64,000 nt of DNA, taken from Setoptus koraiensis. Taxonomy: Eukaryota > Animalia > Arthropoda. Shown piece after piece: positions 55,246 to 64,000 of this stretch; the stretch's first letter is position 1; each line of letters opens with the position of its first letter. The notes under the pieces are model-generated. The model was not told where the DNA came from. It was given only the letters and a program-made list of their open reading frames with translations, and searched no databases. Both the position numbers and the translations under genes were made by a program. The stretch covers positions 13,392,001 through 13,456,000 of the forward strand of contig CM106585.1 of NCBI GenBank assembly GCA_048013815.1. The letters are read 5' to 3'.

Positions 55246-57730
55246 CCTGGCCGGACCACTGACCAGACCGCTGGCCTTGCCGCTGTTGCCGCTGTTGGTG
55301 CTTATTGCCAGACGGCGATAGTAAAGTTATGCAAACAGTTTGATCGCGTTTCACTTTTGATTGCGCGTTACATAACTGTTGAGCCGAGCTGAGTCGAGTC
55401 TGCTCAGCTCGGTTCAGACGCAACCGGACTGGCGGCCTCATCATCAGGCTCATAAAAGCGCCCGATCCGGCCAACTGCTGCGCCGCCGCCCGCTCGGCCA
55501 GGCCATCTCGGCCAGCTCGCGAGCTGGGTCAGTGGCCAGAATCAAAGTCAAAGTCACGTCTGAGCACGGACGCTCGTCGAAAGGTTTGCCGCTCGGCCGG
55601 CCGCCCGCTTGCCCGAGCGTGGCCGCAAGCTAGCCCGAGTGCGGCCGCCAGCTAGCCCGAGCGCGGCCGCCAAGTTGCCGGCGCCCCGAAGCCACAAATG
55701 GATTTGCGCGCATATACATAATAATCGACCGGCCCGCTGCCTGTGGGCGCCGTCAGCTGACGCTGTCGGCTGGCCGAGGCCTCTGTCACTAGGCGCGCCT
55801 CGACCGCCATGTTTTACCATAGTGGGCATTTTATCAGGGCGACCGTACCGAGCGCACTGGCCGGCCCGACGGGCAACAGGGCGCAATGACGGCGCCGTCG
55901 CATAACAAGCTTGTTTGTTTGCGCTCTGTCATGGGCCGATTCACAACACACTGACTGGCTGACAATTGAGCCGGCCAGCGGTGAGACGGCGAGCCGTCGA
56001 GTGTCAGCCAACGACACCAGTCAACAACGACGACAGCAGAAGCAGCGGCAGCAACAGCAACGGCAACAAGTGGTTCGACGGGCGCCCTGGACGTGAGCTC
56101 GAACGGTGGCCACTGGCTGCAGTTGGCGATCGGCCGAACGAGTCGAGTGGCCGCCGTGGGTCGAGCCGCCGTCCGTCTGCTCGTTGGCTCGGTTTGGCTG
56201 GCCGGCCGGCCGATGGAGCTGCGAGCTTCGAATTTGCAATTGCAATTTCGGATCAGACGGCGGAATATTGTTGGCGGCATTAGCGTGCGTCTCGTTGGTT
56301 GGCCGTGCGCTGTTGCGGTCCAGAGAGAGAGCGCACAGTCGCGGGCTCGAGAGCTGTCCGGCGGCTTCGGCCGTCGATTGGCCGGACAGTCACGAATTGG
56401 CGGCGACTCGCCAATTGGCAACAAAAGCCACTTGCCCGACGGTATCAAAAGCTGGCCAATTGCCGACTGTTGCCCACTGTTGCTGGCCGTCGCTCGATGC
56501 CGTCGACTTACTTACCGAGCTTGCCGAACACACATACTCAGTCAGCGCAATACTCAATCAGCGCAAGCTCCGCCCTAACGCCCGCCAAACTTGCCTAGCT
56601 CTCGATGTGCTATCGGCTGGCAAGCCAGCGGTGGCAAGCGAGCTATCGAGGGCCAGCCAACATGGCGTCAGCGATAGCTTGCAACAGATAGCGGCCAGCT
56701 CGGCGTGTTATTTGGAACAGGTAGCAACGACGACGCAATTGATCACGCATCAATAATGATTGCGCTTCATCAGCGTTTGCAGCCCGCAGCCGCCTATTAG
56801 CCTTGCCGCCTAGCTCACAGCTCGCAGCCACCAGTGACAGCCGACACACGCACACACACACACACGCACACCGACACAACATTGGTTACATCAGAGCTTG
56901 CTTGCATCACACTCAGGTAGCAGGTCGCTACGTGATAGATGACGCGTTTACGCGCGCGCGCCACACAGTTCTAGATACATCTCAGGTAGATAATCTCAGG
57001 TGCGTCGGCAAACGAGCACCTCGGCACCGCACACAATACACGCCGCAACCATATAAACACACAATATATCAAAATATTACGAAATATCTCAAGATATCAA
57101 AGCATCGCGTACACACAACATCGCACCGCATATACGCAACATCGCACCGCATATATAAGACAACCAGACCAGGAACAAGACCATACAACACCGAGAACAC
57201 ATCAGACACTTCAGAGAACAGTAACGAGTTGCCAGTATAGCCGTCGGCCGTTGCGTGCGTGCACCACACTCGACACGACACCGGTAATTGCAACCACAAA
57301 CAAAAGGTAACATAGATTCGACAGGTCGCATTTGCATACATCTGCTACCAGAGCGACACAGCCGGCAAAAAGTGTGTGCGAACTAGTTGACAACTGTAAT
57401 GTAACACTCTACATAACAAGTGTTAGAGGAACTTGACAACTTTTTTCGCACTGCAATTGTGTAACACGCTGCTGTTGGTGCTGCCGGCGCGCTGCCAAAT
57501 CGCACTCACAACAATATATTTGTTGTCAAACAACAAATATCCGACACACCACGATAAATAGAAACAGATCACAAATATACACGAAAGTGTCTCACTTATC
57601 CGTCGAGGCGCGCTCATCAATTGAGAGCAACAAGTGCGCCACAAGTGCATCGACATCCATCTTCGTCAATTTGTCGCGCTGTCTGCAGTATCAAATCTGC
57701 CTCTGTAACGCATGCCAACAACATTCACGG

Positions 57731-57732
<2 letters not shown>

Positions 57733-57767
<35 letters not shown>

Positions 57768-57780
57768 ATCTCGCTCTCTT
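57733..57780. repeat. (CT)n / GAGA tract
   Basis: Read directly; a second tract lies at about 33369-33392. Confidence 0.9.
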
Positions 57781-58333
57781 CCACTGCTTGCCAAATGTCG
57801 CTTAGGTGCCCAACAACTTGACACATGAGACCACAACCGACAACTGCACGCCGTCCTTTTATCGTGAGTGCGACATGTTGTTATAAATATTGAAACAGGA
57901 ACAACAAGAAGAAAAAAGTCAATTTTGTAAACTACAAAAATTTTTCTGTTTCTGTTTGTAGCGACACGAGAAGAAGAGAAGAAAAGTGAAAAAAAAAAAA
58001 AAACAAATCTCCAACAGCCAGTGCAAGCAATCACGCCATCAGCGACTTTAGCCAGTGCACTACGGCAACATATCAGCGGCAGCAACAACAGCAAGACGTT
58101 TACACTAAGCTAGCTAGCTAATGACGAGCGACGACGAGTTAGCGAGCCAACGAGACGAGCAGTGAGTGTGTAATTGTCACAGTGAACGTTTGAGAGTCAA
58201 CAGAGTACACACACATTATTTTATTATATATCTGCTTAAGTTACATAATAAGCTTAAGTAACATTATTAATTATTTTTAGTTCATTATCATTATTACTAT
58301 ATTATATGTTTAAGTTAGTTACACCAATCAACA

Positions 58334-59410
58334 ATGTCACCCATCACAGCGATTGAAAACTTCTTCAAAGTCAATGGAGACAAACGGGTCGCCGAGCTCA
58401 GATTCATGGACAGCCCATGGGAAATATTGTTCATATCGGCCTTTTATGTTTACTTCTGTTGGGATCTAGGACCAAATAGATTGATGAAAACTAGAAAACC
58501 GTTTGATTTGGTTTGGACGGTGAGGGCTTTCAACACATTCATATTGTTTTTAAACGTTTGGCTTCTAGAGCGCCACTTTTCCCTACTTAACTGGGGCCTC
58601 GACAGTCTCGGCTGCTCGGTGAGTATATGGGCCGTTTGAGTTGACTCACATCGGACTCTAATCAGCCGACCGACCCACTGACACTAAACCCAACTGACCC
58701 AAACTAATTGACCTAAACTAATTGAATACCAATTCAACCTCACAACCGTCTTGGCACAACGCGAGCAGCCCGTGAGCGAGAACGACTACAGCCCCAAGGC
58801 GCTGGATCACGTCAATTTGTGCCACATATTCCTTTACTCTAGGATATTGGAGCTTGTAGATACATTGTGGATTTGTTTGAGGAAAAAAAACAGACAAATA
58901 ACCTTCTTGCACGTATTCCATCACTCGTTTGTTCTACTAATGACCTGGTTCTACATTAAATTTGCGCCAGGCGGCTCAACGGCCATGTTCCCTATCGTCA
59001 ATGGAATGGTTCACACAATCATGTATCTATATTATATATTGAGCACATTCGAAGTTGTTAAACCCTATTTGTGGTGGAAGAAATATGTCACAAAATTACA
59101 ACTGATACAATTCATTATATTGGCTGTGCATTTCCTAGTAACGGCACTAACACCAAATTGTGGCTACCCTAGAGCATTGTCGTGGAGCGGCGTTGGCATA
59201 GCCGCATTATTTTTTACATTATTTGCTCTATTTTACAGAGACACATACCAAAAGCAACAACAGCACTCCTCTCACAATGTCGCCAGCAACAAACAATCAG
59301 TAACAACAACAACATTGCAACAAACAAACGGAACAACCAATGGCACCAGCAACCCTGGCACGAGCGACCATCAACAATCGGCCAACAAGTCACATGTCAA
59401 AGTTAATTGA
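58334..59410 (+). CDS. ELOVL: Very-long-chain fatty acid elongase (ELO/GNS1/SUR4); exons 58334-58618 and 58769-59410 (308 aa)
   Basis: ELVDTLWICLRKK, FLHVFHH histidine box, NGMVHTIMYLYY, WWKKYVTKLQLIQF. 150-bp phase-0 intron gtgagt..gagcag. AATAAA at 59432. Confidence 0.95.
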
Positions 59411-59620
59411 ATTACACACAAACACACACGAAATAAACTCATCTATCTATCGTAATACTTAAATACGTATAGTGGAGCCGCGCTCGTGCAGCAGCGACAC
59501 GGCCGAGCTCGAATCGACGAAATCGTCGGGACACTCAAGTTGAGAGATTTGATTGCTGGTGACGCATGTTTATTTTCTTGTTGCCTCACAATTGTTGTGG
59601 TGTCAACGTTGTGCGATATG

Positions 59621-62600
59621 TCAATTGTACGAATGATTATAATGGGGCTGGTGGTGATGCATAACCGACGAGTGGTGGTGATGGTGGTTCAAATTGGTGG
59701 CAGCGCTATTGTTTGCGACACTTGAGTTCATTGACGCTTGACCATTGACCGCCAGAGCGGCGGCCGCCGCTGCGGCCGCAGCCACCGCAGCCGCCTGCGA
59801 CTGATGATGATGATGTAATGCGCCATTCTTATACAGGTGATGATGATGATGATAGGGATCCACCAGAGAATGGTAATAGGCGTTACTTCCGCCCGATGTG
59901 GCCGAACCTGAGCCGGTTGCGGCGTGCCCTGAGGCGCTCAGATATGCTGCGTGACTATTGCTGGCCATGTGATGATGGTGGTGATGAGCGCTAGATCCGT
60001 CCACTGTCTGGTTATGATAATGGTGGCCATGGGTGGCAAGCGACTGATGATGATGATCTACCCCACCTAAATAACTGGTGGCGGCGGGCGTCTCGCTAAT
60101 ATCCTGTTGTCTGACTGTTTGTGCCAATACACCGCTCATGTGTCGAAGTAGTACCGCTGACGAGGCGGACGAACTTGCGCTACCCGTAGTGCCCTGATAC
60201 ACGGATTGATCGCGCGCCCCCTTGTGATTGGTGTTGGCCGTGCTATAGGCATTCGATAACATTGTATTACTATTATTGTATCCGGTTTGATTGTGGGCCA
60301 TATGCTGATGCTGTTGTTGTTGCTGTTGTTGTTGGTGATGATGAAGCTGATGCGGATCGACCGATGTTATTGGTGCTGGCGCCGTTGCTGTTGCGCCCTC
60401 GATGGAGCTAGAATGAATCGGCATCGTCAGGTAAGATGACACGGGATGATGATTGATGTCCGTGTCCATTGTGGCGCTGTGATGGACCGCTGTCAATTGT
60501 GACAAGGAAGTTGATATGGGATTGCTAACAACAGAGGTCTCTCTCCAAGGTCGCAACAATGGGCTTACATTGGAGTATCTCCTACGTTTGTACGACCCAT
60601 TGCTGTATGTTGCTGTTACGTCATTATCGTTTTGGTGATCTTGTTGTTGTTGTTGATGGTGGCGATGTTGCATGCCATCGTCAGTGTTATTATCATTACT
60701 AACGGAATTATCCAGACTGCTACTACTGTTGTATAAATGTGCGGCTGACGAAATCAGATTGTTGTTATCACAGACACTAGTATTATTATTGCCATTGTTG
60801 CTGCTGCTGGATGTAGAGGATGCTTGCTGATTGTGCTGATGCAAATTATGAGTATTATTGCTGTAATTGAGGCCAGACTGGTGACCGTAAGTGGGCAGTG
60901 AGCTGAAAGAGCTGCCGGTCAGTTCCTGTTGTGTGTACAAGTGGTTGCCCGTGGTTGCAGCAGTGGTTGCGTCTAAATTGGTCAATCGAACATCATTGTA
61001 ACCGGTATAGTCTTGACTTATGCTTGATTTGGCGCCGGTATCTCCAGTTTTCATCATGTCCATATTATCTTGATTGTTTAACTGATGCTGCTCAGACAGT
61101 TGATGTTGTGACGACGACAAAGACGCTCTTCCATTGTTGGCTCTGTCTTTTTTGGCGCTCGATTGTCGTGTTCTGGTGCCCGCAAGCGCCGAACGGTCCG
61201 ACAAATTGTTGCCGCTGTTATTAGCGGTGCCTCTATCTATGCCGTGCTTAGATGTCACACTGCTTGTTGTTGGCGTTGATGCTGCCGACGGTGTTGATGT
61301 TGCGTAAGACGGACTATTTGTCATTAGTGTTGTTCTCTGTTGTTGCTGATTAGCTCCGTACAATGTGGTTGTGCCCGTCAGTGGGGACGAACACGAAGAC
61401 GGAGATATAGGCACGCTCAGCTGCTGTTGCTGACAACCGGGTCCTGTCGTTGTCGTTGAATTAATGGAACTGCTACCAGAATTGTATTGTTGTAATGTCC
61501 TGTTGTGATGATGGGGTGCATAATCTGCACTCTGACAAATATCTATTATATCACTTTCGTTTGTTAGATTGCTAATCATATAATTGACAAATATTATACA
61601 TTGATCCTGTTCTTGTTGATCGAAATTAGAACTAAAATGACTCGTTGTACTAGGCGACATCTTTGGGTTGATGTGCGAACTAAACGATGACGACAATGAC
61701 TCAAACGCTGAACCTCTCGCTGACTCCAATGGGGCCGCAGAGCCAGCCATTGGCGAATGCGCCGTCATACCAGCGGGCCCCAAAACTCCAGACATGCTAT
61801 TATTGCATATTAATGTGGCGCATGTCTGCACCCAAATGTAGCCTCCCGATTTGCCCATCAATCTATAATAGCCAGACATCATTTGGCCTTTTTGCATAAG
61901 ATCTTGATGGCATTTTTGCACTTGCGACAAATCGCCCGGGTGCACAAGACTGTACAAACTCCTGCCTGTTAACTGATCCACCGGATGATGCAAAACTTCA
62001 AAAACTTTCGCCTCCGCATGGGTTATCTTGAGGTCTAAACTAAGTCGCAACACGAATGTGTCGGCCTCTAGGCGTAACTCATTTATAGATGGTGGCGGTA
62101 AAGCTATCGCCACAGCAACCATACCAATGATCTTTGGTGGCTTTGTAACATTTATTCCCTTGCTTGATGGATCAATCTTTTTATTGTTTTTGTCAATCAG
62201 TACTTTCTTTGGATCGTGTTGATTCGTTTGATTATTATTATCACTGGATATGGCCGCCTTGGTATCTTTGCCTTGACAATCGTCGTTGTCCTCTTCATTG
62301 TCGTTATCCTCATCAGAGTCATTGTTAATATTACTCTGATCATCATCGTTGATCATGACAGTTTTCTTCGCTTTGCCATGTTTGCTACCATTTTTCTGTT
62401 GTTGTTTGGTTGCGTTGGTGCTTGCTTCTGTCTCACTCGATTCGTCCACTTCATCGTAGGGATCCATCAGATGTCCGTGATCGTTTGACTGGTATGTCCT
62501 AAGATGTGACACGACATGCACCACCCTGTAGCCACTAGACTTGAAATGTTGGCAGCCGCGCTTGGTCAGAGTTGATTTCATTCTAATACAAAATTGTCGC

Positions 62601-63342
62601 ACTAGCGGATCGGCGACCGTCCCCTGAGCCGGCTGACACGGATTTGCTAATGGTTCTTTCGAACAAGATGATAACGGTGGTAGTTTCGAGCTTGCTGTTG
62701 CTGCTGCAGACGACGCTGCTTCAGTGGTATTGTCATCCAATTTGGTCTGTTGTTGATTCCTTTTGCCGGTTGACCTATTGTGTGAACGCGACGCATTAGG
62801 ACCTCTTTTGCCCAGACTACTATTATTGTGTCTTGCATGGTGACTAGTTTTGCCAGACGATGACGACATTTTTAACGTTTGCCCTGCTCGTTTCTGATTG
62901 CGAGGAGGATTCACGTGATCCTCTATGGATGTATCGTTGCTAGCCAAAGAGCAAGGAGATTGTAGTGATGCGGTGGGCAGTGGCGAAAACGATTGAGCCG
63001 CCGTCGAGCCAAGTCGATTTGGAGGGAACGGAATGCCTGCGGACGATTTATTGGGAATTGAATTGTTTCGGAATGCAATGATTAGATGCTGCGTATATTT
63101 ATTGTGTGTGTCGAATCAATTCAATCGTAACTCACCTAGTTGGTTGGCCAGCTCTTGGTGATCTTGATGGTGTGTGTAGTCAAACACGGACGATCCTGTC
63201 ATTTCGACTTGGCTCAGTCCCAAATACATTGAAACTGTTTCGGATATGTACAAAAATCTTCCATCCCGTCCAATAGCGAACGCGAATCCATCCAAAGAGT
63301 GCAACATGTGCGTGCCTTGATGCAGCTCGAACAGATCGGCAG
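59621..63342 (-). CDS. trh: Trachealess/NPAS1-3 bHLH-PAS factor, partial (PAS-A, PAS-B, C-tail); exons about 63342-63136 and 63036-59621; bHLH exon not in window
   Basis: [74 protein letters not shown] and [13 protein letters not shown] are trh/NPAS3-type rather than sim-type. A 99-bp phase-1 intron (gtgagt..ccgcag) keeps the frame. Confidence 0.92.
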
Positions 63343-64000
63343 CTATCCGTCGTGGTCGTGATAGAAATAAACATATTATTATTGATTAACAATTAATTGA
63401 TTGATTTAGTTTGTTACAGCGTCCCCATTTTGACCTATAGTGTGCAATCGCCATCAGCTGATAGGTAGATTGTGCAATCATAGGTATGATTGCACGTCCG
63501 TGCCGCTATTCAAATGGATGCGTGTAACTCGTGCGCGCCAAAAGGCGCCCCGACACCCACGCCATCTGCATGCCAGAATGAAAATTGTGTTCGGCACAAC
63601 AATTGATCATGGCATTCAGCGCAGATACGCGCAACATGATTTAAGTCATGGGGCCAGTTTGAATATAGCAAACGATGGTATGTGTAGCCCAAATCCTTTT
63701 GTTTGCCGAAAACAGAAAACAAGCAGCAATTAACACATACAAATTAAAGCTCTATATCTGAGTATATTTTGTATTGTTCACTTGCGAGCCAAAAACCAAT
63801 CTAACCATTTTGATAGCAATGCCTGCAAGGATAACATAGATCGCATGAATATAATTGGACACACGGGCGAGACTGTCAGCGGCTCCTCGTGGGCTGTCTT
63901 TTATAGGTGAGACAAGAGATAGGGTGAAACTAACCTGATTTGGCGTACAGTTTTGGAGACAATATGGCACCAATGGCGGGGTCAGTAATCAAAGGATTTA

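Noticed and set aside
55554-56882. Several 100-216 aa ORFs on both strands
   Set aside because: GC-rich stop-poor DNA with Arg/Ala/Pro-biased translations and no domain or consistent splice pattern.
56716-56990. Cluster of CAGGTAG (Zelda/TAGteam-like) motifs
   Set aside because: Only three copies; Zelda is not known from chelicerates, and the motif also resembles a splice-donor context.
59621-63307. Initial call as single-minded (sim)
   Set aside because: The PAS-A residues ([36 protein letters not shown]) match trh/NPAS1-3, not sim.

Overview
Eukaryotic, gene-dense, intron-poor arthropod-type DNA. GT-AG introns are 44-300 bp and most genes are intronless. This fits a compact mite genome such as an eriophyoid, but the taxon is my inference. 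Genes left to right: (1) a giant orphan class-A-like GPCR (- strand; one 4.4 kb exon encodes TM1-TM6 with huge low-complexity loops; 3' end unresolved); (2) three tandem SLC35G1-like EamA/DMT transporters (+), with a decayed BTB-BACK gene between copies 2 and 3; (3) a secreted Pro/Lys/Arg-rich repeat polyprotein (-); (4) an NRF-6/acyltransferase-3 protein (-); (5) a three-exon acidic secreted orphan (+); (6) CCT2 (-); (7) a C18orf32/UPF0729 homolog (-); (8) two head-to-head Six4/5 homeobox genes; (9) an ELOVL elongase (+); (10) the PAS and C-terminal part of trachealess (-; bHLH lies outside the window). No tRNA, rRNA, CRISPR or intact transposon was found. Most striking observations: the inverted Six4 pair shares a 405-bp, 98%-identical tract inside otherwise diverged genes (probable gene conversion) and a shared ~80-95 aa insertion splitting the SIX domain; the SLC35G paralogs are mosaics of near-identical and diverged blocks; the repeat precursor looks like a multi-peptide antimicrobial or effector precursor; and PAR-bZIP D-box motifs appear enriched across the window.
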